Positions 10,467 to 20,409 of a DNA stretch of 64,000 nucleotides are shown in pieces. Source of the DNA: an uncultured delta proteobacterium (GTDB lineage Bacteria > Desulfobacterota > Desulfobacteria > Desulfobacterales > SG8-13). Position 1 is the stretch's first letter. Every line of letters starts with the position of its first letter. The stretch lies in contig CAWBYM010000004.1 of assembly GCA_963792945.1 (NCBI GenBank), positions 397,800 to 461,799 on the forward strand. The letters are read 5' to 3'. Under the pieces are notes generated by a model. The model saw nothing but the letters and a program-made list of their open reading frames with translations, was not told the DNA's origin and searched no databases. Made by a program: the position numbers and the translations under genes.

Positions 10467-10652
10467 TCAGGCGTCCTTTTTTTCTTCTATTTTTTCTGGC
10501 TCCTTGGGTGGCTCGTCTTCTTTCGTGGCGCCCTTGAAGTTGCGGATAGCTTTTCCCATTCCAGCGCCTATTTCCGGTAGTTTGCCGGCACCGAAAATGA
10601 TCAGGATAATCACCAGAATGATAATCAACTCCGGCATTCCGATTCCAAACAT
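10467..10652 (-). CDS. tatA: twin-arginine translocase subunit TatA/E
   Basis: 61 aa. [40 protein letters not shown] is the canonical TatA TM helix plus amphipathic helix. Confidence 0.9.
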   Translation of the reverse strand: MFGIGMPELIIILVIILIIFGAGKLPEIGAGMGKAIRNFKGATKEDEPPKEPEKIEEKKDA

Positions 10653-11063
10653 ATATTCCTCCTATCCGTCGGGATGACGTTTTACTTTTGTTTCGACGCC
10701 GGCTTTCCACTCACCGGCCATGCCTCATTGCCGGTCAACCCCGACTTTCCATGCGTACATGCAAGGTTTCCACTGTGCGGCCGGATGCGGGAGCGTTCTT
10801 AACATGCCGCAATTGCTCTATTTATTAAGCGTTTGGTAGAATTCGGGCAAGCCCAGACTATAGCACCGGCATATGGGGGTGTCAATCATTACCACAAGCC
10901 GATGAATACATGTGTATATTCGGATAGGTGAACCACCTTGTCAACGACGGATAGCCATGTTATCCTAAAAATTTTTGTATACCCCGGTTACTGCGAACCG
11001 CTGTATTGAACGGTTGTCGACCAGCGCGCTAGGGCGCGTCAACACATAAGAGAGGCATCTCAA

Positions 11064-12152
11064 ATGGCGCTTCGATTCGAAGCCAACTGCCGGCCGCTCC
11101 TGATCGGCAGCCTGCCGCTGGAAGATCATGACGAGGCCAGCCGACTCGTTTTTCGATACACACCCGACATACCCTTATGGGTCCAACTGCCGGTCCATGC
11201 GCATGAGGGGATGATACCCCAATTCGTTCCAGGGATGCCAGGCGTCAGCACCCGTGATGGTCGAACGTTTGTCGATACCGCTGCGCCGGATTACGATCAG
11301 CAGGTTTTGGAATTCTACGAGGAGTACATGACAGCAACTGTGGAGAAGCCGCCGGATTCAGATCGGTCTCGATTTACCCTTACGGACGATGCGGCCCCTG
11401 GTTTCGCGGTTTTACAGAAACAGTTGGCGAGCCGAGCCCAGGCCCCGGTTGCCGTCAAGGGCCAGGTGACGGGGCCATTCACTTTTTGCACCGGGCTGAA
11501 GGATGACAAACGGCAAGCCATATTTTATGATCTGCAGCTGCGTGATGCCGCCGTCAAACTCCTGTCTCTTAAAGCCGCATGGCAGGTACACCGGCTGTCC
11601 GAAACCGGTTGCCCGGTCATTGTTTTTTGCGATGAACCGGCGCTGGCCGGCTTCGGCACATCAGAGTTTCTCAGTGTGTCACGGGACGACATCGGTATGT
11701 GCCTGGAGGATATCATGCTGGCCGTGCATTCCGCCGGAGGATTGGTAGGGGTTCACATCTGCGCCAATACCGACTGGTCGCTGGTTCTTGATTCTGCGGC
11801 GGACATCGTCAACTTCGATGCATACACCTACTTCGACCGTTTTATTCTTTATCCCGATTTGATCCGCCGATTTATCGCTGGGGGAAAAATATTGGCTTGG
11901 GGTATCGTTCCCACCGGTGACGGGGAAGACATAGCTGGGGAAAGCACCGATTCCTTGACAGACCAATGGTATGAAAAGGTTCGGTTCATCGAGGATCTGG
12001 GTATCAGCCGGCGGCAGATCGCGGCCCAATCCTTGATTACCCCCAGTTGCGGAGCCGGCACTCTTGCCCCGACCCTGGCGGAGAGGGTGTTGCAATTGAC
12101 CCGTGGGGTGTCCGACCGGTTGCGCAGGGAAATTGGATTTGAATCCAAATAA
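11064..12152 (+). CDS. URO-D/cobalamin-independent methionine synthase (CIMS)-like Zn-methyltransferase-fold protein
   Basis: 362 aa. N-terminal LLIGSLP, H-x-C (VHICAN) and C-terminal TPSCGAG resemble the MetE C-domain Zn-ligand pattern. The call rests on motifs only. Confidence 0.65.
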   Translation: MALRFEANCRPLLIGSLPLEDHDEASRLVFRYTPDIPLWVQLPVHAHEGMIPQFVPGMPGVSTRDGRTFVDTAAPDYDQQVLEFYEEYMTATVEKPPDSDRSRFTLTDDAAPGFAVLQKQLASRAQAPVAVKGQVTGPFTFCTGLKDDKRQAIFYDLQLRDAAVKLLSLKAAWQVHRLSETGCPVIVFCDEPALAGFGTSEFLSVSRDDIGMCLEDIMLAVHSAGGLVGVHICANTDWSLVLDSAADIVNFDAYTYFDRFILYPDLIRRFIAGGKILAWGIVPTGDGEDIAGESTDSLTDQWYEKVRFIEDLGISRRQIAAQSLITPSCGAGTLAPTLAERVLQLTRGVSDRLRREIGFESK

Positions 12153-12194
12153 CGGGGTAATCGGGCTGAAAACTAACCCTCCCCGAGACCACAA

Positions 12195-13073
12195 ATGACT
12201 ATTCAAAGGTATGATGAGATGACTGCAGAAAAAAAAGCCAAACAATTTACCGGAGCCACCCGGTATGTCCTGGATGAAGAGTTGGCCAGTATCGTCAATA
12301 TTTCAATGGCTCTCGAAATGCCGCTTCTCCTGAAAGGGGAACCGGGCACCGGGAAAACGATGCTGGCGCACGCCATTGCCGAGAGCCTGAAAATGCCGCT
12401 GGTGGTGCTAAACGTCAAATCGAGCATGAAGCTGATTGAAGCGCTCTACCAGTACGACACACTCACACGGCTCAACGACAGCCGATTCGGTGACTCCAGC
12501 CGCGACGTGAGCAACATCGAAGAATACATTCGCATGGGAAAAATAGGTCAGGCGTTTACGGCCGATATCCGCACCGTCCTGCTGATTGATGAGATCGATA
12601 AGGCCGATACCGATTTTCAGGACGATATGCTCGACGTTCTGGATCAGATGGAGTTCGATATCATCGAAATCGACAAAACCGTCAGGGCCGTGCACCGACC
12701 GGTGATCATCATTACCTCCAATGCCAAGAAGGACCTTTCGGATCCTTTCCTGGGACGCTGCAATTTCCACCATATCGCTTTTCCGGAACCGAAGATGATG
12801 CGTAATATTCTCAGCGTTCACTTTCCGAATCTCGATGCGGAACTCATGGAGCATGCGGTGACCGCCTTCTACCATCTGCGCGAAATGGACGGGGTGGAAA
12901 AGAAGCCGGCCACCAGGGAACTGATCAACTGGATCCGTGCCCTCAATGCCGATGCGGATTTCAGCCCCAGAAAACTGTCCAAGGGTGAAGTGCCTTATCT
13001 CGGGGTTCTCTTCAAAAAAAGCCAGGATCTTCAACGAACGACGGAGTATATCCGCCGTAGACGGTTGTACTGA
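12195..13073 (+). CDS. MoxR-family AAA+ ATPase
   Basis: 292 aa with Walker A GEPGTGKT and Walker B LLIDEIDKA, MoxR/CoxD-like size. The 375-aa antisense ORF 12408..13535 is a shadow. Confidence 0.9.
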   Translation: MTIQRYDEMTAEKKAKQFTGATRYVLDEELASIVNISMALEMPLLLKGEPGTGKTMLAHAIAESLKMPLVVLNVKSSMKLIEALYQYDTLTRLNDSRFGDSSRDVSNIEEYIRMGKIGQAFTADIRTVLLIDEIDKADTDFQDDMLDVLDQMEFDIIEIDKTVRAVHRPVIIITSNAKKDLSDPFLGRCNFHHIAFPEPKMMRNILSVHFPNLDAELMEHAVTAFYHLREMDGVEKKPATRELINWIRALNADADFSPRKLSKGEVPYLGVLFKKSQDLQRTTEYIRRRRLY

Positions 13074-13082
13074 TATTTCCCC

Positions 13083-14273
13083 ATGTTCATCGATTTTTTC
13101 TATACGCTCAAAGATACCGGAATACCGGTCAGCCCGACTTCCTTTCTGACCCTGCACCGGGCTTTGCAAATCGGCCTGGTGAACTCCCTTAACGATTTCT
13201 ACACCGCTTCCCGCTCGATCCTCATCAAAAGCGAGAGATATTTCGACCTCTTTGACCAGGTGTTCGCCCATCACTTCCAGGGCGCTGAGTTGCCCGATTA
13301 TACCGGAGTCGAACTGGATGATATCGCCAGAACCATGTTGGAGCACTGGCTGAAGGAACCCCGTGCTCTGGCCGAGGCGCTCGGCATAGACGAATCGGAG
13401 CTGAGTCGTTTGAGCCCGGATGAATTGATCGAATATTTCAAAGCGCGTCTCAAAGACCAGACCGGCGAGCACCACGGCGGCAGTCGGTGGATCGGCACCG
13501 GAGGGACCTCTCCGGTGGGCCATTCGGGATACCACCCGGGAGGGATGCGCGTCGGCGGTGTGTCCCGCAACAAATCGGCCGTCAAGGTCGCCATGGACCG
13601 TCGTTACAGGGATTATTCCCTCAGCGGACCGCTGACGCGGCCGATGGTGGGCGAGGCCCTGAAGCGGCTGCGCAATCTTGTACCCGTCGGTCCCAAAGAC
13701 CAGCTCGACATCGATGAAACCCTCTATCAGACCATGAAAAACGGCGGGGAGATCGACATCGTATTCGAACGCAGCCTGAAAGATCGCCTCAAGGTCATCC
13801 TGGCCATCGACAACGGCGGATATTCCATGGATCCCTATATTTCAGTGGTCCAGACGATATTCGATTACGCTCGTTCCCAGTTCAAGGATGTGAAAACATA
13901 TTTTTTCCACAACACGATTTACAGTACCCTCTGGGAAGACCCGTCCCGGTTCCGCAAGCCAAAGCGGATCGAGGAATTCGCCGCAGCGGATCCTCAGACC
14001 CGGCTATTCATCGTCGGTGATGCCAGTATGGCGCCTTACGAATTAATGGTTGCCGACGGCTCGATTCATATCGAAGACCGAAGCGGAACACCGAGTATCG
14101 AGTGCCTCAAGTACCTGGAAAAGACCTTTGCCCATTCTGTTTGGCTCAACCCCATGGCTGCCGATATGTGGTCCTACACCCACACGGTCAAGATCATCGG
14201 CCAGATCTTTCCTATGTTCGAATTGTCCATAGACGGCCTTGAGAAGGCCGTGTCCCACCTCATGACAAAATAG
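13083..14273 (+). CDS. VWA domain-containing protein (CoxE-like), partner of the MoxR ATPase
   Basis: 396 aa, starting 9 nt after the MoxR stop. C-terminal VWA-like segment (VILAIDNGGYSMDP..LFIVGDASM). This is the classical MoxR-VWA gene pair. Confidence 0.85.
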   Translation: MFIDFFYTLKDTGIPVSPTSFLTLHRALQIGLVNSLNDFYTASRSILIKSERYFDLFDQVFAHHFQGAELPDYTGVELDDIARTMLEHWLKEPRALAEALGIDESELSRLSPDELIEYFKARLKDQTGEHHGGSRWIGTGGTSPVGHSGYHPGGMRVGGVSRNKSAVKVAMDRRYRDYSLSGPLTRPMVGEALKRLRNLVPVGPKDQLDIDETLYQTMKNGGEIDIVFERSLKDRLKVILAIDNGGYSMDPYISVVQTIFDYARSQFKDVKTYFFHNTIYSTLWEDPSRFRKPKRIEEFAAADPQTRLFIVGDASMAPYELMVADGSIHIEDRSGTPSIECLKYLEKTFAHSVWLNPMAADMWSYTHTVKIIGQIFPMFELSIDGLEKAVSHLMTK

Positions 14274-14522
14274 GATCCTTCTCCTCAAACGGCGATTTCC
14301 TTCAAACGATGTTTTTCACCCAGCCCCGGCATCTGGAATGGAATTTGCAGTCAAAGATACCGTACCGGCTGCCATCTCAAGCACCTGGCCTTTGTGCCTC
14401 TGCCCCGGCGGATGATCAATTTTTCTATCGATGGATGTTCATTGGCGCCCCGGGAAGATGCGGATCTCGCAGGAATGTAAATGTATCCTGCCATACGTTG
14501 AAACGGCCCCGAGAGCTACGGA

Positions 14523-16691
14523 GTGAAGAAAGATATGTCAGAAAATGCCAAAGGCATGGATTCGATGATTCTGGCAGGGATACCCATCGCCATTATTTAC
14601 TGGGTCCTCGATTCCATTTTGAATATATTCTTTTCCAACAGATTCAATATCGTGGCCGAGATTTTCGGCCCGGACCTCTATGAAATCTATACCCGGACGA
14701 TCGTGTTATGTATCCTGTTGATTTTTGGGGCCCATGCGCAAACGACGATCAACAAACTCAAAAAGGCCCGCGATGCTCTACAGAAAAGTGAAGACGATCA
14801 CCGCGAGTTTATCGAAAATCTTACGGCCGGCGTGTTCCGCTGTACTATCGATCCGGCAGGCCATCTCGTTCGTGCCAATTCGGCAGCGGCAAGAATATTC
14901 GGCTACCGGTCCGGCGAGGAACTGATGAGCGCCAAAATATCCGATCTTTACCTCCATCCTTCAGAAATGAAGGATTTCATCGCTGAATTGATCAACCGGG
15001 GCCATGTCAGCGGTATGGAAATCATGATGCGCAAGCGCAGCGGCAAACCATTTTGGGCATCGTGTTCTGCGGCGGTGAAAACAGATGGATATGGACATAT
15101 TGCCTGGATCGACGGAGTCATCGAGGATATTACGAGCCGGAAGCAGGCCGAGGACTCTCTGCGAACCAGCGAGGAACGCTACCGGCAGTTGGTCGATTAT
15201 GCGCCGGCTGGCATTTACGAGGTCGATCTCAGGACCGGACGATTCCTCCGGGCCAATGATCTCATCTGTAAGTTGACCGGATATTCCCGCACGGAATTGC
15301 TGTCCATGAAAAGCTACGAGATATTTACCGAGGACAGTCGCAGTCGGTTTTTCGAGCGGTTGACCAAACTTTACAGAGGCAAGGAATTGTCGGAATCAGC
15401 CGAGTTTAAAATCCGCGGCAAGGACGGCAAAATTTTCTGGGCCGTGATAAATGACAGGAAGCATTATGAATTCGGAAAACTGAAGTCGGCCACAGTCGTG
15501 GTGCACGATGTCAGCGAACTCAAACGCGCCGAACAGGAGAAGAGGTTGCTGGAATACCGCCTGTACCGGGCCCAGAAGATGGAAGCCGTCGGTACCCTGG
15601 CAGGGGGTATCGCACACGATTTCAACAATATACTCATGGGGATCCAAGGGCACGTATCGATCATGCTCTCGATATCGGATTATGTACATCCCTATTTCAA
15701 CCACCTTTTGTCCATCGAGAACTATATCAATAATGCCAATGAATTGACAAACAAGCTTCTTGGTTTCGCTAAAGGCGGTTCATCCGGCATGGAGGTGAGC
15801 GACCTGAACGAGATCACCCAAGACCAGGTTCAGGCCTTTGAAAAGACGAGGAAAGATGTTCGCGTTCATACCACATATGAGGAGAACGTTTGGCCGATTG
15901 AGGTCGACCCCGTAAAGATCAAGCAGGTCATCATGAACCTGGTCGTCAATGCACTGCACGCCATGCCCAAAGGGGGCGATTTGTATATCCGGACACAGAA
16001 CCTCATTATGGATAATACCGTCCTGAAACATCTTGAGCATACACCTGGCAAATACGTCAAGGTTTCCATTATGGATACCGGCATCGGCATGGATAAGGCT
16101 ACGATGCAGCGTGTTTTCGAGCCGTTTTTCACGACTAAGAAAATGGGGCCGCAGAAAGGCACTGGCTTGGGGCTCGCATCGGCTTACGGCATCGTCAAGA
16201 GTCACAAAGGGTTCATTACGGTTCAGAGCACGGAGGGGAAAGGGGCCAATTTCAGCGTTTTTCTGCCCGCACTCAAATCACGCCCGGAGGATCACAAGCA
16301 ACTTAGGAGAGTCGAGCCCTCCCGGAAGGAAACGGTCTTGACCGTCGGTGACGATTCTGCCGTACTCGACGTGCTGGAACAGATGTTGAAAAAATTGGGT
16401 TACAGTGTTCTGAAGGCCGACAGCGGATACCGGGCGCTTGATATATTCAGGCTCAACTTGGATAAGATCTGCCTGGTGATCATCGACGCGGATATACCGC
16501 AGGCCGTCATCAATAAGATCTTGTCCAATTTGAGCCTAATCGGTCCGGAAGTCAAATTCATGATGACCGGCAATCAGCTTCCTGATCCCATAAAGAAGGA
16601 ATACCTTGCGGATGAGACCGGAGGATTCCTGAAAAAACCGTTCAGCATGATGCAACTGTCCGGCAGCCTGACCGAGGTAATGGGTGCATGA
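14523..16691 (+). CDS. hybrid sensor histidine kinase (TM-PAS-PAS-HisKA-HATPase-REC)
   Basis: H-box IAHDFNNIL, N/G boxes NLVVNALHAM, DTGIGM and GTGLGLA, two PAS-like segments and a C-terminal receiver-like domain (VLTVGDD..VIIDADIP). The start may be the ATG at 14535 rather than the GTG at 14523. Confidence 0.9.
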   Translation: MKKDMSENAKGMDSMILAGIPIAIIYWVLDSILNIFFSNRFNIVAEIFGPDLYEIYTRTIVLCILLIFGAHAQTTINKLKKARDALQKSEDDHREFIENLTAGVFRCTIDPAGHLVRANSAAARIFGYRSGEELMSAKISDLYLHPSEMKDFIAELINRGHVSGMEIMMRKRSGKPFWASCSAAVKTDGYGHIAWIDGVIEDITSRKQAEDSLRTSEERYRQLVDYAPAGIYEVDLRTGRFLRANDLICKLTGYSRTELLSMKSYEIFTEDSRSRFFERLTKLYRGKELSESAEFKIRGKDGKIFWAVINDRKHYEFGKLKSATVVVHDVSELKRAEQEKRLLEYRLYRAQKMEAVGTLAGGIAHDFNNILMGIQGHVSIMLSISDYVHPYFNHLLSIENYINNANELTNKLLGFAKGGSSGMEVSDLNEITQDQVQAFEKTRKDVRVHTTYEENVWPIEVDPVKIKQVIMNLVVNALHAMPKGGDLYIRTQNLIMDNTVLKHLEHTPGKYVKVSIMDTGIGMDKATMQRVFEPFFTTKKMGPQKGTGLGLASAYGIVKSHKGFITVQSTEGKGANFSVFLPALKSRPEDHKQLRRVEPSRKETVLTVGDDSAVLDVLEQMLKKLGYSVLKADSGYRALDIFRLNLDKICLVIIDADIPQAVINKILSNLSLIGPEVKFMMTGNQLPDPIKKEYLADETGGFLKKPFSMMQLSGSLTEVMGA

Positions 16692-16881
16692 CCCCGTTTC
16701 CCAGGCTGCGGCAAGCGCCAATGGTTGGTTCCTTGATGTAAACAGTCGTTTTCGGGTCTCAGCCTGTAGGGTTTTTTCTTCAAAACCGGTTGATTTTCGG
16801 CATCGATATAAAAAATATTAATTATTTCAGATAGATTTGCTGTACACAATTCCCTACGGTCCCCCAAAGTCCCTATTATAG

Positions 16882-16918
16882 TGACGCAATTCGTCAGTTC
16901 TGTTGACGCTTCCCGTCA
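16882..16918. promoter_or_regulatory. two tandem 15-bp palindromes TGACG-N5-CGTCA (putative operator pair)
   Basis: TGACGcaattCGTCA at 16882..16896 and TGACGcttccCGTCA at 16904..16918. Their centres are 22 bp apart, inside an AT-rich intergenic stretch. Confidence 0.35.
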
Positions 16919-17273
16919 GGCATTTACCAGCCTACAGATTCTATGTCGATTCTAAATATTTGTAATTATGGATATAAGTATATTAACGGGCAAGTGGTCC
17001 GGATTTTGCTTATACTGCTGCACCAATGGTCATATGGAGCTGGATGATCCGCATGTGTACGGAATGGATAGCCGACCGGAGCTGAATGACGATGTTAAAT
17101 TGACCGAGGCTGAAGCGAAAAAGCGGAAAATCCTGTCTGTGGGTCACGCAAAATTGTGTGGCATCTGCGTCTCTTCGGCAGTCTGAATCCTGAACTGAAC
17201 GGACCTGCAGTTGGCTTCTTTCGGAGTGGTGTGCTGGCGGCCCTGAAGCGGCAGGCAGAAAGTTCCATATCGC

Positions 17274-17310
17274 GAGGCTGTTCGGATTATCGGGCAGCCT
17301 CGTTTTTATT
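17274..17310 (+). terminator. rho-independent terminator
   Basis: GAGGCTG (17274..17280), a 14-nt loop, CAGCCTC (17295..17301), then GTTTTTATT. Confidence 0.6.
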
Positions 17311-17480
17311 GTGCGCCCGGCAGGGCGCACCTGCTTGGAGGTGCAAGTCCTCTGCACGTTCGTCAGGGGAAGTGCTAGCTGACCGGCAACTGCGCTATCG
17401 CGAGGTGCCGCGGGAAGGAAGCTGAAGGCAAAGCGCCGGTTCGACGAACAGGATCCGTATATGAGGCGCAGCCGTATCGG
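17311..17480 (+). mobile_element. group II intron (class C-like) 5' fragment: domain I only, no IEP/RT ORF and no domain V
   Basis: Starts GTGCGCCCGGCAGGGCGCAC (GUGYG consensus), followed by GGTGCAAGTCC, GGAAGGAAGCTGAAGGCAAAG and CGTATATGAGGCG. As I recall, these match blocks of the Oceanobacillus iheyensis group IIC intron domain I. It sits immediately 3' of a terminator hairpin, the known class C target. Confidence 0.7.
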
Positions 17481-17485
17481 CGGAA

Positions 17486-18094
17486 TCAGCGGGGTAGCAG
17501 ATCTTCCCAGTCCGCCTGTTTAGTTGACGACTCCTTCGAAGTTGAAGGGGCGGCGTCTTTTTGCTCTTTTGCACAATTGCGTTCTTCTTCGATGAGGTTC
17601 CACATGGTCAGCTTGACCGTGTTGCCGAGTGTTTCTTCTTCATCCCGGGTGTTATGCTCGAGGATCATGCTGATTCGGTTGTTCTGGTCATCCACGAAAG
17701 ACCACTTCCAGGAGATGACAATGTGGAACGGATCGCCGCGCCACTCCGTCGGCTTGCCGAAGCGCTCGCGGTAACGCTTCAACAGCTCATTATAGAAAGT
17801 CTTGGAAGCGTCGGCATATTTCAAGCGAATTCTGACGATTCGACCGGGAGCGGCGCATTTCCCCACCCAGATCAGACCGTTCTTAAAGCCGGGGATATTC
17901 CTTGTTTCGATCTCCTCGAGATATTTGGAGTTACGCAGCGGCATGGCCGTATCCATACGGATCCGATCCTTAAAATCTTCGATCTGACCGCCAAGTTCGA
18001 ACCCGCCGACCTTACGGGGAATTTCGGCCAGGCATACCATCGGAAGCGCTAAAGCCAAGGTAATACTGAGGACTGATAGGGAAAGTCTTTTCAT
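17486..18094 (-). CDS. secreted hypothetical protein
   Basis: 202 aa with signal peptide MKRLSLSVLSITLALALPMVCLA and a charged Lys/Glu/Ser-rich C-terminal tail. Confidence 0.7.
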   Translation of the reverse strand: MKRLSLSVLSITLALALPMVCLAEIPRKVGGFELGGQIEDFKDRIRMDTAMPLRNSKYLEEIETRNIPGFKNGLIWVGKCAAPGRIVRIRLKYADASKTFYNELLKRYRERFGKPTEWRGDPFHIVISWKWSFVDDQNNRISMILEHNTRDEEETLGNTVKLTMWNLIEEERNCAKEQKDAAPSTSKESSTKQADWEDLLPR

Positions 18095-18439
18095 GATGGC
18101 CCCTTACCGGTTGGCGATACAAGTAGGTTGTTTAAACATAATTGAGCCGCTGCAGCGTGTCAAACGGATATCCCGAACGATGTCCGCGACATTCATGATG
18201 GGTCCATATCTGCACAGCTTCGGGACGGAGACGATTGATTTGACTGATCACTCTTTGAAACCCTCGTCTACTAAGCTATGGGCGGATTGAAGGGCGATCG
18301 ATCTTTGCAAGCCGAATGCTGACGAACAAGACGAATCGTCCTCACCGTTAGCGGTTCACATCTGCAACCCGAACTTGTTTAGGAGACAAGGCACGAGCCG
18401 TATATACTTTTACAGCCACGTGCAATACTGGATAAGCTC

Positions 18440-18468
18440 TTGCAATTACTATTTTTAGTGGTTAAAAT
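18440..18468 (+). promoter_or_regulatory. sigma-70-like promoter (TTGCAA-N17-TAAAAT)
   Basis: -35 at 18440..18445 and -10 at 18463..18468, in an AT-rich stretch about 190 nt upstream of the PD40 lipoprotein start. Confidence 0.4.
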
Positions 18469-18655
18469 AGATTTTTAAGTGCAATCAAAAAAACTTAGAC
18501 TGCCAGCCGCGGCCAGTAGTTCCATCGGCTCCGGGGGCCTCCGTCGAGGAGGTCACAGGCGGCCTCAACAGGTTGGTTGACAGATGACCGAATTCGGCAA
18601 GAGGGTATTCAACCACCTGGTGAACGGTCCTCACCACAAAGAGGGGATGAAAACA

Positions 18656-20315
18656 ATGGAACTTTCTGGAGCAGAAAATAGACTTACCGGAAGGATGGCA
18701 TGGATCCTGGCCCTGTTTATGCTGTTGACTATCGGGTGCAGCGGGGATGGGGATAACGACAAACCACCGGTTGTCATAGAGCCGGTCAAGGTCTCGGGCG
18801 TACCTACTGTCGGCGGGCTACGGCTCGCCGATGCGTTTGCCTGGGCGCCGGACAGTTCACGCCTTGCCTACATAGCCAGGCAGGCATCCAATTCACAAGA
18901 GCTGTATTCTTCGACCCCGGATGGGTTGGTCAATGTTGCCGTGGCGCCGGTGCCGCTGCCCGGCGGTGGGGCTGTCGCTTCCTTCCTATGGTCTCCGGAT
19001 TTGGGTGCCGTCGATCAAATCGCCTACCTGGCCGATCAGACGACACTCAATGTCAATGAACTTTACTCGTCGGCCCCAGACGGCAGCGACAACCAAAACC
19101 GCTCTGGAACCCTCGTCAGCGGGGGATTCGTTTGGAATTCCTATGATTGGGCGGTGTCGGTGCTGGATCCGGACACGCTCGTTTTTCTGGCCCGAAAAGA
19201 CAGTGCGACCGTGACCGAACTGTATGCGTCGTTTGACAACGGTGCTACGGTCACTAAACTCTCCGGTCCGATGACTTCCGGCGGCAATGTCGACGCATTC
19301 GCCGTCTCGCCGAACGGCAGGACCGTAGCCTACCTTGCGGACCAGGAAGAAAATGGGACCTTCGAGCTGTTTACCGTGCCCATAGCCGGCGGCATTGCCG
19401 AGAATGTTTCGCAAATTTCTCCGTCAAACAGGCCGAACGTTTTGGAATTCGAATGGGCACCCAATGGAACGCGCCTGGCCTACCGGGCCAAGAACCTGCT
19501 CAGCGGACCCACGGGGGGCAACATCGAACTGTTTACCGTCGAGCCTTCCGGATTCGATCGTGGCGTCGTGTCCATATCCCCGATACTCGGTCGAGAATGT
19601 CAGGGAGTTCGCCTGGGCCCCGGACAGCCTGCAAATCGCCTACACCGCCAACGTCAATTCGACCCAAGACCAGCTGTTCGATCTTTTTACCACGACGCCC
19701 AATCCCGGCGGAGTGAATATCAAGTTGACCCCCGGGCTGCCGAATTTCGCCGATGCCCACACCATCGCCTGGTCGCCGAACAGCCTTTTGATCGCCTATC
19801 TGGCTGACGTCCGCTTCATCGATGTCAACGAGCTGTTCGTGGCCGATCCGGCCAGCCCGCCGGTCGGCGCCCCGGTGCCGATTTCCGGCACCCTGGTCGC
19901 CGGGGGCCAGGTCGGCGAGTACGCCTGGTCGCCGGACAGTGCCCTTATCGCCTACCTGGCCGATCGGTTTGTGGACGAACAATTCGAACTCTTCACCGCC
20001 TCACCGATCGGGAACCGGTTGCCGATCCAGGTCTCCCGCTTGACGCTGGACGGCAGCGACGTCAATGATTTTGCCTGGTCGCCGGATCTGCTGGTATCCA
20101 ACCGCATCGCGTACGTGGCCGACCAGGAAACCTTGGGGGTTTTCGAACTTTACTCGGCATCACCCAACGGTGCGAGCAGCGTCAATGTTTCCGGTCGATT
20201 CATGGCCGGTGAAGAGGTGATTGGCTTTGCCTGGGCCCCCGATGCCAGGCTGATCGCTTATCAGTCCAACCAGGAAGACATTACCAAATACGAGCTGTAT
20301 ACGACCCTGCCTTAG
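18656..20315 (+). pseudogene. TolB/PD40-like beta-propeller repeat lipoprotein, reading frame broken near 19578..19590 (frameshift or sequencing error)
   Basis: ORFs 18584..19807 and 19395..20315 carry the same repeat (..G..V..FAWSPD...IAYLAD...ELY/F..) in two frames. Each has a nonsense-looking tail or head. Lipobox LLTIGC follows the ATG at 18656 (SD GAGGGG 9 nt upstream). Confidence 0.75.
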
Positions 20316-20340
20316 CCAATTCTCTGCTTTTTAACAGGTT

Positions 20341-20380
20341 AAAAAAAGGCGTCGGCCCTGAACGGGGCGACGCCTTTTTT
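20341..20380. terminator. bidirectional rho-independent terminator
   Basis: A7 run, then GGCGTCGGCCC / GGGGCGACGCC stem (one mismatch) with a 5-nt loop, then a T6 run. It lies between convergent genes. Confidence 0.8.
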
Positions 20381-20409
20381 CCTTTATTTCTTGATGATAG
20401 GGGTCCGCG

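Noticed and set aside
17335-17430. Cobalamin-riboswitch-like GGTGCAAGTCC / CGGCAACTG boxes and SRP-RNA-like GGAAGGAAGC
   Set aside because: The motif order is wrong for a B12 riboswitch and there is no SRP helix-8 context. All three blocks are better explained as conserved group IIC intron domain I sequence.
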